Part shown: positions 7,904 through 16,666 of the stretch, piece after piece
Layout of the letters: the number at the start of each line of letters is the position of its first letter
How positions within the stretch are numbered: position 1 is the first letter of the stretch
IMG/VR virus record: IMGVR_UViG_3300042923_001154
Span: 1 to 53,602 of that record
Length of the DNA: 53,602 bases
Reading direction: 5' to 3' (one strand)
From: a virus
Lineage: Duplodnaviria; Caudoviricetes
The notes under the pieces: model-generated
What the model saw: the letters and a program-made list of their open reading frames with translations, nothing else
What the model was told of the DNA's origin: nothing
Databases searched by the model: none
Program-made: the position numbers and the translations under genes

Positions 7904-8824
7904 ATGGCAGAGGTTAAATGGATCCAGATTGTTACGGACATATTCGACAATCGAAAAATCAAACAAATAGAGAGAATGCCTGAAGGTGATGCGATTATTG
8001 TCGTATGGTTTAAAATCTTATGCCTAGCTGGAAAATGTAATAAAAATGGAATGATGTTTTTTACGGATGAAATACCATACACCGAAGATATGTTAGCTAC
8101 AGAATTTGGAATGGAACAACCTCAACGGTTTAATGTCTTAAAGCTTGCCATACGAACATTTGAGCAGTTTAAGATGATTGAAATAATCGATGATATATTC
8201 TGTATTTCATCATGGGAAAGGTATCAAAACATTGCAGGGCTTGAAAAAATCAGAGAACAAAATCGCATAAGACAGGCTAGATTTAAAGGAAATAAAAAGC
8301 AATTACCAGATAACGTTAATAGTAACGTTACTGATAACGCTCAAGTAACGCATGGTAACGCAACAGATATAGATAAAGAAATAGATATAAATATATATAA
8401 TAAAAACATTGTGCAATCGGATTGCACTTCTCATCCTTCCAAAGCATCGAAAGCTGATATTGATTTGCTGTTTGATACTCTTTGGAAACTTTATCCGAAC
8501 AAGAAGGGTAAAGGTCAAGTATCGGATGCAAGAAAAAAGAAACTCTATGAAATCGGTGTTGATGAACTTACCAGAGCAATAGAGAGATATCAATCTGAGC
8601 TTGCTAAGGACAGTTGGAGGGTTGCTCAGAACGGTTCAACATTCTTTAACTCTGGCTATGTTGATTATCTGGATGCTAATTATTCACCAAGTAAACAGAC
8701 GAATATTCAACCCACTGCTAATAAAGCGGTAAGTCAGAATAAGTTCAACCAGTTTCCTCAGAGACATTATTCTGATCAGGATTATGCAGACCTTGAGAAG
8801 AAGTTGCTTAACAAAGGATTATAA
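7904..8824 (+). CDS. Phage replication initiator (replisome organizer N-terminal domain)
   Basis: MAEVKWI...DIFDNRKIKQI...GDAIIVVWFKILCLAGK; C-terminal FDTLWKLYPNKKGK...NGSTFFN domain. Confidence 0.9.
   Translation: MAEVKWIQIVTDIFDNRKIKQIERMPEGDAIIVVWFKILCLAGKCNKNGMMFFTDEIPYTEDMLATEFGMEQPQRFNVLKLAIRTFEQFKMIEIIDDIFCISSWERYQNIAGLEKIREQNRIRQARFKGNKKQLPDNVNSNVTDNAQVTHGNATDIDKEIDINIYNKNIVQSDCTSHPSKASKADIDLLFDTLWKLYPNKKGKGQVSDARKKKLYEIGVDELTRAIERYQSELAKDSWRVAQNGSTFFNSGYVDYLDANYSPSKQTNIQPTANKAVSQNKFNQFPQRHYSDQDYADLEKKLLNKGL
8309..8362. repeat. Five TAACG iteron-like repeats inside the initiator gene; probable replication origin
   Basis: GATAACGT, AGTAACGT, GATAACGC, AGTAACGC, GGTAACGC followed by a very AT-rich tract. 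Confidence 0.65.
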
Positions 8825-8847
8825 GAGCCTAAGGAGGATAATTAATT

Positions 8848-9021
8848 ATGGCAAATGATAATAGCATGGTAAACGTTGGTTTAATAAATCGTGATAATTC
8901 AGTTAGTATTTCCAAGGAGCTTGCTCCAGAGGTTAAGTTGGCAAGTATCAATAGCAGTGTAGTGCCTTTATTCCCTACGAAAAACGGATATGAGTATTTT
9001 GTATTCCGCACACGGAGGTAA
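8848..9021 (+). CDS. 57-aa hypothetical protein (not in ORF track)
   Basis: AAGGAGG RBS; fills the gap between rep and the methyltransferase. Confidence 0.6.
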   Translation: MANDNSMVNVGLINRDNSVSISKELAPEVKLASINSSVVPLFPTKNGYEYFVFRTRR

Positions 9022-9023
9022 CA

Positions 9024-10643
9024 ATGAATTATGACAATCTGTTAGTAGATGGATTTGCCGGAGGCGGAGGTGCGTCAACCGGAATAGAAATTGCATTAGG
9101 TCGACAAGTAGACATAGCAATTAATCATGATCCTGATGCGATACTAATGCACAAGACTAATCATCCAGACACAATACATCTTCAGGAAAGTATTTGGGAT
9201 GTAAAGCCTTTAGAAGCGACAAAAGGAAGGCATGTAGGATTACTCTGGATGTCACCTGATTGCAAGCATTTTAGCAAGGCAAAAGGTGGAAAGCCAAAGG
9301 ATAAAAACATCAGAGCGTTGCCTTGGGCGATTGTCATGTGGGCAAAGGAAGTTAGACCAGATGTTATTATAGCTGAGAATGTTGAAGAAATTCAGACATG
9401 GGGTCCACTTGATAAAGACGGATATCCAATACCGGAGAAGAAGGGGCAGACATTCAATCTGTTCATAGAAAATCTTCGAAGACTAGGGTATGAAGTACAG
9501 TGGAGAGAATTGATAGCTGCTGACTATGGAGCCCCAACTACCAGAAAAAGGTGGTATATGATCGCTAGATGTGATGGAAAGCCTATTGTATGGCCTGAGC
9601 CAACTCATTCAAAAACCGGTAAAAACGGATTAGAGAAATGGGTACCGGTTTCAACATGCTTAGACTTTAACGATTTAGGACAATCCATATTCGGTCGAAA
9701 GAAACCACTCGCAGAAAATACGATGAAAAGAATTGCCAGAGGTATTGATAAATTCGTATTCAATAATCCAGAACCTTTCATCGTACCAATAGGTTACGGT
9801 GAAAGAGAAGGTCAGAGTCCAAGAGTAAACAGCATCAATGATCCGGTCGGAACTATAGTATCAAGTGGAAAACATTATCTTTGTACTCCGGTAATGGCAC
9901 AAATCGGGCAAACGGGATTCTCGGAGGATAGATCAAGAAGTTTGGAGCAGCCTTTAAGCACAATAGTGACAAAACAAGAACATTGTCTTGTATCTCCTAT
10001 ACTCATTCAGTATCATTCCGAGACAGCGCACGATCATGTAAGAGGACAGTCAGTGGAAGAGCCTATTATGACGATTGATGCCTCTCCAAGATATGCAATA
10101 GCAAGTTCATTCCTCACTAAGTTCTATAAGACCGGAATAGGTCAAGTAGTGACGGAGCCTCTTCATACTATCACAACTTCGCCTGGACATTTCGGTGAGG
10201 TAAAAATCCTAATGGTTGAGAGGGAAGATGTTAGAAGTGAATTCCGTGAAAAATGTAACCAGGTAACATCATTCATAATTGAGTACTATGGACAAGGCGG
10301 TGCACATTCGATTGATGAACCATTACATACAGTTGTCACAAAGGACAGGTTCGCATTAGTTACAATACACGGAATTGATTATATCATCTGTGACATCACA
10401 TTAAGAATGTTGAGTCCGAGAGAGTTATATAAGGCGCAAGGCTTCCCGGATGATTATATTATCGATCACGATTATACCGGTAAAGCTTACCCAATAGCAA
10501 AACAGGTAGCACGATGCGGAAATAGCGTGGTACCAATAGTTGCAAAATCTTTGGTAGAAGTAAATTGCAGTTATCTTAAGGTCGGAGAGCGTATTGGAAA
10601 TATGCAAATTGATGATAGTAAGCAGCAACTGAGATTCGCATAG
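9024..10643 (+). CDS. Phage DNA (cytosine-5) methyltransferase
   Basis: FAGGGG (I), SPDC (IV), ENV (VI), TTRKR (VIII), AQGFP (IX), GNSV (X). Confidence 0.92.
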   Translation: MNYDNLLVDGFAGGGGASTGIEIALGRQVDIAINHDPDAILMHKTNHPDTIHLQESIWDVKPLEATKGRHVGLLWMSPDCKHFSKAKGGKPKDKNIRALPWAIVMWAKEVRPDVIIAENVEEIQTWGPLDKDGYPIPEKKGQTFNLFIENLRRLGYEVQWRELIAADYGAPTTRKRWYMIARCDGKPIVWPEPTHSKTGKNGLEKWVPVSTCLDFNDLGQSIFGRKKPLAENTMKRIARGIDKFVFNNPEPFIVPIGYGEREGQSPRVNSINDPVGTIVSSGKHYLCTPVMAQIGQTGFSEDRSRSLEQPLSTIVTKQEHCLVSPILIQYHSETAHDHVRGQSVEEPIMTIDASPRYAIASSFLTKFYKTGIGQVVTEPLHTITTSPGHFGEVKILMVEREDVRSEFREKCNQVTSFIIEYYGQGGAHSIDEPLHTVVTKDRFALVTIHGIDYIICDITLRMLSPRELYKAQGFPDDYIIDHDYTGKAYPIAKQVARCGNSVVPIVAKSLVEVNCSYLKVGERIGNMQIDDSKQQLRFA

Positions 10644-10703
10644 TTATTTATGTTTGAAAACGCAGTAAGCGATTCAATAAAAATCATGGAAAGGAGAATA
10701 TTC

Positions 10704-11105
10704 ATGGGTTCAAGAACAAAACTGGACTTAAACAAGTTCGCCGGTGGTGTCCTGCAGGAGAAGTTCAATGGAGCATTAACAGAAGTAATTAAGAATATGC
10801 AGGATCCTAACACAAGTTTTAAAAACAAGAGAGGTATCACAATCTCAATCGGATTTACTCAGAACGAGCAGAGAGATGATGCAAAGATCTCTGTTTCTGT
10901 TACCACTAAAACCTCACCTGTGCTTCCGATCGAGACAGCTCTTTACATGGGCAAGGATTTAGATACCGGAGATATTGAGATCAGAGAGTACGGCAAGCAG
11001 GTAGCCGGGCAAATGACATTTAGTGATATTCAGGAACCTGAGAAAGATGAACCAGTAGAACAGCCATCTAAGGTTAGAAACCTTAGAGAAGTTAAAGCAA
11101 ATTAA
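10704..11105 (+). CDS. Hypothetical phage protein
   Basis: AAGGAG RBS before 10704. Confidence 0.75.
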   Translation: MGSRTKLDLNKFAGGVLQEKFNGALTEVIKNMQDPNTSFKNKRGITISIGFTQNEQRDDAKISVSVTTKTSPVLPIETALYMGKDLDTGDIEIREYGKQVAGQMTFSDIQEPEKDEPVEQPSKVRNLREVKAN

Positions 11106-11120
11106 GAAGGGAGATCAACC

Positions 11121-11846
11121 ATGATCAAAGAAGCATTAGAGTATATCGTAGGATTAAAGCAGCCTAGACAGGAAGTAATTAATGGAGAAGTGTTTGCTAG
11201 CAAAAGAGACGATCTTTACCGTGTTGACACAAATTTGAGAGCTGAGACTCTGGAAATGTCTACATTAACCAGCCTTGTTGATTACATAAAGTCAGACCTT
11301 GATAAGATTTCCGAATATCAAGGTAAAATGATTGTACATGTTGTATCACCAACAAGGGTAAGATTGTTATCCTTTTTGGACAGCGACAGTAAGAGAGAAA
11401 ACCTTATTGAGGTAAATGCTAACTTACCTAAAATTCGTTTCAATGAATTTGTTGATCAGGAGTCCTTTATCATCATGATACAGTCGATGTTCGTGAATAA
11501 CGAGGACAAGGCAATTGTTCTCCAGGTAGCCGGTAATGTTGAAGATGGTACGATTGCAAACTATAAGGATGATGGGGTTACACAAAAGGCGACCATTAAG
11601 ACAGGCCTTGCTAGCAAGGATGATGTAGTAGTTCCAAATCCGGTTAGGCTGAAGCCATATAGAACATTTCATGAGATTGAGCAGCCCGAATGTAGCTTTG
11701 TGTTCCGAATGAACAACGGCAGAGGAGTCACATGCGCTCTCTATGAAGCCGATGGAGGAGCATGGAAGAATGAGACCATGGATGAGATTGCAGCTTATTT
11801 GAAAGAAGAGCTTAAGGACAACGAGCAAATCATTGTATTATCTTAA
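11121..11846 (+). CDS. Hypothetical phage protein
   Basis: 241-aa ORF with RBS; VPNPVRLKPYRTFHEIEQP...ALYEADGGAW resembles a Firmicutes phage family. Confidence 0.8.
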   Translation: MIKEALEYIVGLKQPRQEVINGEVFASKRDDLYRVDTNLRAETLEMSTLTSLVDYIKSDLDKISEYQGKMIVHVVSPTRVRLLSFLDSDSKRENLIEVNANLPKIRFNEFVDQESFIIMIQSMFVNNEDKAIVLQVAGNVEDGTIANYKDDGVTQKATIKTGLASKDDVVVPNPVRLKPYRTFHEIEQPECSFVFRMNNGRGVTCALYEADGGAWKNETMDEIAAYLKEELKDNEQIIVLS

Positions 11847-11974
11847 ATCAACTTTAATACTTTAGTACTACTCCTTTTCCTTATCCGAGTAATATAGCAT
11901 ATCACACAATCAGGCGGTGCATAACCGCCTGATATATAAAATTAATCAGGTATATCAAAAAGGCGGTGTTAGTA

Positions 11975-12178
11975 ATGAGTGTTGAAACTGGAGTACAGAT
12001 TGTCGCATCTATCAGCTTTTCAGCTGTAGCCTATGGTGACATTGAAAATGCAATGAGGGAAGGAAATAAAGAACTGGCTAAACAGTTAGCATTTGAGATT
12101 ATTATCGATAGATTAAATTGCGGTTACACAGCAGATATCAAAGTCGATGCTGTGGAAGTGAATTTTGTTGATACATAA
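11975..12178 (+). CDS. Hypothetical phage protein
   Basis: ORF with AGGCGG RBS. Confidence 0.6.
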   Translation: MSVETGVQIVASISFSAVAYGDIENAMREGNKELAKQLAFEIIIDRLNCGYTADIKVDAVEVNFVDT

Positions 12179-12264
12179 AAAGAAAAAGGGCTATTACAGC
12201 CCCCCCTCTTGGTAATTACTACCTCGCATTAGTAATTATATCATAAACAAAATGGAGTTTTCAA
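12177..12264 (-). ncRNA. Second candidate short antisense RNA unit
   Basis: Minus strand: TTGAAA-18-TATAAT with extended TG; GGGCT/AGCCC hairpin plus U tract about 40 nt downstream. Confidence 0.45.
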
Positions 12265-12277
12265 GGAGGGAATTTAT

Positions 12278-12772
12278 ATGTCTGCAACTTTAACTAATAT
12301 ATATCAAGATGGGAAAATATTTAAAGAAATTGATCTTCAGATTATGATTCGCAAGGATAAAATCAAAACTCATGAGATATCAATCGAGAAATCATATAAG
12401 TTAGCAGGTGTCAATGGTCCTAGAGGAATGAAAGGGCTTGGTCTTGATTATTCTAGAGTTACCTCATCAACTCCGACTGCTCATATCGGGCTTGAAGATG
12501 CTCTGAGGTTGATTGAGAGAGATAAGGTAAAAATTCTCTTATATGAGGCTGAGATCAGTGAATTGCGAAACAGGAAGAGAAATATTGTGAAAATACATAA
12601 ATCGCTTGATGGTTTAGAGAAGCAGACATTCTGGTACCGAGTGATAATGATGAACACTCAGGAAGAGGCAGCCGATAAGATCGGAGTCTCTAGGAGACAT
12701 CTTCAGAGGATTGAAAAGCTAATGAGAGAATCCTCAATTGCTTTTGAATTTTCGAATGCGGAAAGTAATTAG
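12278..12772 (+). CDS. ArpU/RinA-like (sigma70 region 4 HTH) late transcription regulator
   Basis: Coiled coil followed by TQEEAADKIGVSRRHLQRI. Confidence 0.7.
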   Translation: MSATLTNIYQDGKIFKEIDLQIMIRKDKIKTHEISIEKSYKLAGVNGPRGMKGLGLDYSRVTSSTPTAHIGLEDALRLIERDKVKILLYEAEISELRNRKRNIVKIHKSLDGLEKQTFWYRVIMMNTQEEAADKIGVSRRHLQRIEKLMRESSIAFEFSNAESN

Positions 12773-12785
12773 TAGCAAACTGGAC

Positions 12786-13067
12786 CTATCCTATATGCCA
12801 TTGATGCCTGGTAACATCATAAACAAGTATAATGTTATTTCTGAGGCCGTAGGCATTATAAGAACACTCAAAGGTCATGATGTAGTTAGACTCTTTACGC
12901 ATATAGGATGAATTTACCTTGAATGTAAATTTTTCAGAACGATCATCCTCAATCCGAAAGAAATCAACTCTCATTTTACCTTCAGTATTCGTAGTAGCAA
13001 TCACTTCCACTGAATGTCCGGAAGGATGCTTTATAGATGGCCGATGATCAGGCTGTAAGAATGGCAT
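12786..13067 (-). CDS. Small protein under a LexA-box promoter
   Basis: GAGG RBS before ATG 13067; opposite orientation to the surrounding operon. Confidence 0.7.
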   Translation of the reverse strand: MPFLQPDHRPSIKHPSGHSVEVIATTNTEGKMRVDFFRIEDDRSEKFTFKVNSSYMRKESNYIMTFECSYNAYGLRNNIILVYDVTRHQWHIG

Positions 13068-13104
13068 AGGAAACCTCGCTAAAAGTAAGTAATTTGTAAC
13101 TTGA

Positions 13105-13133
13105 TTATAGAACAATTGTTCGAAAAACGCAAG
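13105..13133 (-). promoter_or_regulatory. Sigma-A promoter with LexA box in the spacer
   Basis: Minus strand TTGCGT-17-TATAAT; the spacer contains CGAACAATTGTTC. Confidence 0.78.
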
Positions 13134-13152
13134 AAGGGAGAAAGAGTAATAT

Positions 13153-13452
13153 ATGGCATTAACAGTGGAAGAAATCAGACAGCAAGTAATTAGTAAATAT
13201 CATGAAGGACAAGAAATTACACTATGGCTTAATGAAGGTGAAAGAGGTGAACCGAAGCCGGTTAAGCTAAAGATACTCACATTTAATCCGAATGGAGTAT
13301 TAATGGAGCGAAGGGGAATCAAGCATACTTTTTCGTATTGGGAGGTCAAAACATTGTCTTCTAAGCCCACCAAGAACAAGGATGTTGTTATTCCTGATAT
13401 TATTAAACATACTGGAAGACCGAGAAGTTATAAAGTGGATCATGCATATTGA
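13153..13452 (+). CDS. Hypothetical phage protein
   Basis: ORF with GGGAG RBS. Confidence 0.7.
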   Translation: MALTVEEIRQQVISKYHEGQEITLWLNEGERGEPKPVKLKILTFNPNGVLMERRGIKHTFSYWEVKTLSSKPTKNKDVVIPDIIKHTGRPRSYKVDHAY

Positions 13453-13483
13453 TATTAAAACTGAGGTTTAGAGGGGGTTTATT

Positions 13484-13678
13484 ATGGTTGCATATAATGT
13501 ATCGAAATATTCAAATTTATCGGATACCGAGAAAATAGAGCGTATAAAAAGCTATGATACTGCTGATCTGCTAAAGGTTATTAGAAGTTTTGAAGAAAGT
13601 CCAAGAGATTATTCACCGGATATAATTAAATTAATAAGTAGTCGGCTTTATGAGAAAGGAATTATATTGATGTATTGA
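13484..13678 (+). CDS. Hypothetical phage protein
   Basis: GAGGGGG RBS. Confidence 0.65.
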   Translation: MVAYNVSKYSNLSDTEKIERIKSYDTADLLKVIRSFEESPRDYSPDIIKLISSRLYEKGIILMY

Positions 13679-13709
13679 TGTGAAATAAGATTTACCTCAC
13701 TAAGGAGGT

Positions 13710-14576
13710 GTGAAATTGGATTTAGAACATAAGGCTATTGAACGGTTAAAAATGGCAAGTGTGATGTCATTAAAATATTATGGTCAACCTCTATTAGTTA
13801 CATATTCCGGAGGTAAAGATAGTGATGTTTCTTTGGAATTAACAATAAGGAGTGGTATTCCGTTTGAAGTCCAGAATAGCCATACAACCGCAGATGCACC
13901 AGATACTGTTAGGCACATTAAAAGGAAGTTCTATGAACTTGAGTTGAAAGGTATTAAGTGTACGATTACAAAACCCTCATACCAAGGCAATCGGGTTTCC
14001 ATGTGGTCGCTTATTCCATTAAAGCTAATGCCACCAACTAGAATAGTCAGGTACTGCTGTCAAGTCCTCAAAGAGGGAGCTGGAGACGGTAGAATGATTA
14101 CAACCGGTGTTCGATGGGATGAAAGCAGTCAAAGGGCTACTAGGGGAGATATGGAGATTATAGGCTCTACTAAGAAAAATAAAATCATTCTGACTAACGA
14201 TAATGACGTCCAAAGAAGATTTTTTGAGAAATGCGAACTTAGAGCAAAATCAGTATGCAATCCTATCATAGAATGGACAAATTCCGATGTATGGGACTTT
14301 ATTCACTCAGAAAAAGTCATATGCAATCCGCTTTATTGTATGGGCTTTGACCGTGTTGGCTGTATTGGCTGTCCTATGGCTTCCAAGAAAAGATATTTTG
14401 AATTTTCTATTTATCCAAAATACAGAAATCTTTATATTCATGCATTTGACAGAATGATACAAGAGCGATTAAGAAGGGGTCTTGAGACTCAATGGAAATA
14501 TGGAGAAGAAGTATTTCAGTGGTGGATGAATGAGGATCCTTATCAAATAGAATTGGATTTAGAATTAATCAGTTAA
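13710..14576 (+). CDS. PAPS reductase-family protein
   Basis: YSGGKDS PP-loop, RYCC..LK, TGVRWDES..R, NPI..W, RVGCIGCP. Confidence 0.9.
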   Translation: MKLDLEHKAIERLKMASVMSLKYYGQPLLVTYSGGKDSDVSLELTIRSGIPFEVQNSHTTADAPDTVRHIKRKFYELELKGIKCTITKPSYQGNRVSMWSLIPLKLMPPTRIVRYCCQVLKEGAGDGRMITTGVRWDESSQRATRGDMEIIGSTKKNKIILTNDNDVQRRFFEKCELRAKSVCNPIIEWTNSDVWDFIHSEKVICNPLYCMGFDRVGCIGCPMASKKRYFEFSIYPKYRNLYIHAFDRMIQERLRRGLETQWKYGEEVFQWWMNEDPYQIELDLELIS

Positions 14577-14614
14577 GAAGGAATTAAGATTTACCTAAAG
14601 AAAGAAGGTGAGCT

Positions 14615-15550
14615 GTGAAAATAGGCTTAATTGATGTAGATGGTCATAATTATCCAAATCTTCCACTTATGAAATTAAGCGCCTGGCATAAATCGATTGG
14701 TGATCGTGTCCAGTGGTACACACCTTTTGATGGCTTGATAGAAGAATACGATATAGTCTACATGTCAAAGGTTTTTAGCTTCACTGCGGACTATACAGAT
14801 CCGGTATATGCAAAGGAAGTCAAGAAAGGTGGATCGGGTTACTGCATAGATTTGGTGAATGGTAAAGAGGAATACATTAAGGATAGAGACATTGACCTTT
14901 CATATGAGATAGAGCATGTTTATCCCGACTATTCGCTTTATACGGAAATGACAAGAGATACCGCATATGGCTTTTTAACCAGAGGTTGTCCGAGAGGCTG
15001 TGAATTCTGCCACGTAGGATGCAAAGAGGGTAAGAAAAGTTATAAGGTTGCTGATCTTTCGGAATTCTGGAGAGGGCAAAACGGCATTGTATTGTGTGAT
15101 CCTAATATTCTTGCTTATCCAGGACACTTGGAATTGCTTCAACAGCTTGCAGATAGCAAGGCAAAGGTGAATTTCAATCAAGGATTAGATATAAGATTTA
15201 TAAATGATAAAAACCTTGAATTGATAAAACAGATCAGACTTGACGGAATACACTTTGCTTATGATCGCTACGAGGATAAGCATATTATTGAGCCGAAGAT
15301 GCGAGCATTCAAGGAAGCAACCGGGTACGATAAGGACAAAGGAAGGGTAATGGTTTATATCCTTACTAACTTCAACACATCTATAGATCAGGATATTGAG
15401 CGAATACAGTTCTGCAGATCATTAAGGTTTTCGCCTTATCCCATGATCTATGACAAGGAACATTGCAAGCCAATATATAAGAAAATCCAAAGATGGTGTA
15501 ATAATTTTATATTCTGGAATACACCAACTTTTGAGGATTATGTTGGTTAG
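14615..15550 (+). CDS. Radical SAM protein
   Basis: TRGCPRGCEFC (CxxxCxxC); N-terminal PNLPLMKLSAWHK; FNQGLDIR. Confidence 0.9.
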   Translation: MKIGLIDVDGHNYPNLPLMKLSAWHKSIGDRVQWYTPFDGLIEEYDIVYMSKVFSFTADYTDPVYAKEVKKGGSGYCIDLVNGKEEYIKDRDIDLSYEIEHVYPDYSLYTEMTRDTAYGFLTRGCPRGCEFCHVGCKEGKKSYKVADLSEFWRGQNGIVLCDPNILAYPGHLELLQQLADSKAKVNFNQGLDIRFINDKNLELIKQIRLDGIHFAYDRYEDKHIIEPKMRAFKEATGYDKDKGRVMVYILTNFNTSIDQDIERIQFCRSLRFSPYPMIYDKEHCKPIYKKIQRWCNNFIFWNTPTFEDYVG

Positions 15551-15587
15551 GTAAACTGAAATTTAGTTGAACCAAGTAGGAGGTACC

Positions 15588-15791
15588 ATGATAAATGCAA
15601 GAAATGTATCAGGATGGTCATTAAGCCCAAGTATTTTATTAGGACAATCTCCAAAGATCACATATAAGTGTGGATCATGTGGACATGTGAATAGCACAAG
15701 AATATCAATGGAGGCTATTAAGCGTAAAAAATCATATGTAGTATGTGCGAAATGTGGAGAGGTTAATGATACAAAGCTAAGATACAATTAG
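15588..15791 (+). CDS. Small Zn-ribbon protein
   Basis: CGSC...CAKC; AGGAGG RBS. Confidence 0.7.
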   Translation: MINARNVSGWSLSPSILLGQSPKITYKCGSCGHVNSTRISMEAIKRKKSYVVCAKCGEVNDTKLRYN

Positions 15792-15826
15792 ACATAATTT
15801 GGCTGATAAGCGGAAAGGAAAATATC

Positions 15827-16093
15827 ATGAATACAGTTCAACAATACATAGTTGAAAGAGTCATCGAAGAAAGAAATCACCAAGATGCTAAATGGGGCGA
15901 GCAAAATCATCATGCGGACAAATGGGGAATGATAATCGCTGAAGAATTTGGTGAGATGTGCCAGCAAATTAATGAGTTTGGTTTTCATCCAAGTATGGTA
16001 ACTGAGGATAAAATCATTGATGAGGCTGTTCAGACAATTGCTTCATGTATGGCAATGATTGAATGTATACTGCGAAGCCGTGGATTAATTTGA
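15827..16093 (+). CDS. MazG-like nucleotide pyrophosphohydrolase
   Basis: ERNHQDAKWGEQ...AEEFGEM...DEAVQ (EExxE...ExxQ/D pattern). Confidence 0.7.
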   Translation: MNTVQQYIVERVIEERNHQDAKWGEQNHHADKWGMIIAEEFGEMCQQINEFGFHPSMVTEDKIIDEAVQTIASCMAMIECILRSRGLI

Positions 16094-16117
16094 TTTGTCA
16101 AGAATGGAGATAAAGCC

Positions 16118-16666
16118 GTGAATGAACCGAAAATTGTAACAATAGGATATGGGGGACAAGGTAGAACATTAGCTGAAACCATATTGTCAAAGGCAATCCA
16201 AAATAGTGAAGAAATGAAATTATTACAATCCTATCTCGATACCAAATTAACACCAGAAGAAATAATTAAACAGCAAAAAAGCATGGATTTAAAAAGTAAT
16301 TGCTTTAATCAAATCAAAGCAAAATTTGAGCAATTACTAAAAATGTACGAAGCGGGATGCGATGGTTATGTTGGATTATGGAGAGAACTGATTGAATATC
16401 AAGAAGCAGAGGAACATGGATTATTGATTAAGCTACCGTGTAAGGTGGGAGATGAGATTTATGAGGCAAATATACCTAGAAAGATTATTTCAACCTATAA
16501 AGTGACATCGATCGTTATCATGACAGGAAGTAGAAATTATGGGTGGGAACTTTTAGATGGTATATACAGTAATATCAATGGATTTAATGAATATGCACTA
16601 GGGCGTTCAGTATTTCTAACAAGAGAAGAAGCCGAGAAAGTCTTGAAGGGCGGTGTAAAAAATTGA
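16118..16666 (+). CDS. Hypothetical phage protein
   Basis: LIKLPCKVGD...VFLTREEAEK motif, recurrent in clostridial phages. Confidence 0.75.
   Translation: MNEPKIVTIGYGGQGRTLAETILSKAIQNSEEMKLLQSYLDTKLTPEEIIKQQKSMDLKSNCFNQIKAKFEQLLKMYEAGCDGYVGLWRELIEYQEAEEHGLLIKLPCKVGDEIYEANIPRKIISTYKVTSIVIMTGSRNYGWELLDGIYSNINGFNEYALGRSVFLTREEAEKVLKGGVKN

Larger units (their letters stand above)
13459..15566 (+). repeat. Dispersed 13-bp intergenic motif AAHTRARRTTTAS, four copies
   Basis: 13459 AACTGAGGTTTAG, 13683 AAATAAGATTTAC, 14582 AATTAAGATTTAC, 15554 AACTGAAATTTAG; each lies between a stop codon and the next RBS. Confidence 0.6.

Noticed and set aside
13710-14576. Auxiliary sulfate-assimilation gene cysH, or a complete Dnd/Ssp phosphorothioation system
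   Set aside because: No other cys, dnd or ssp genes are present; only family-level assignment is supportable.
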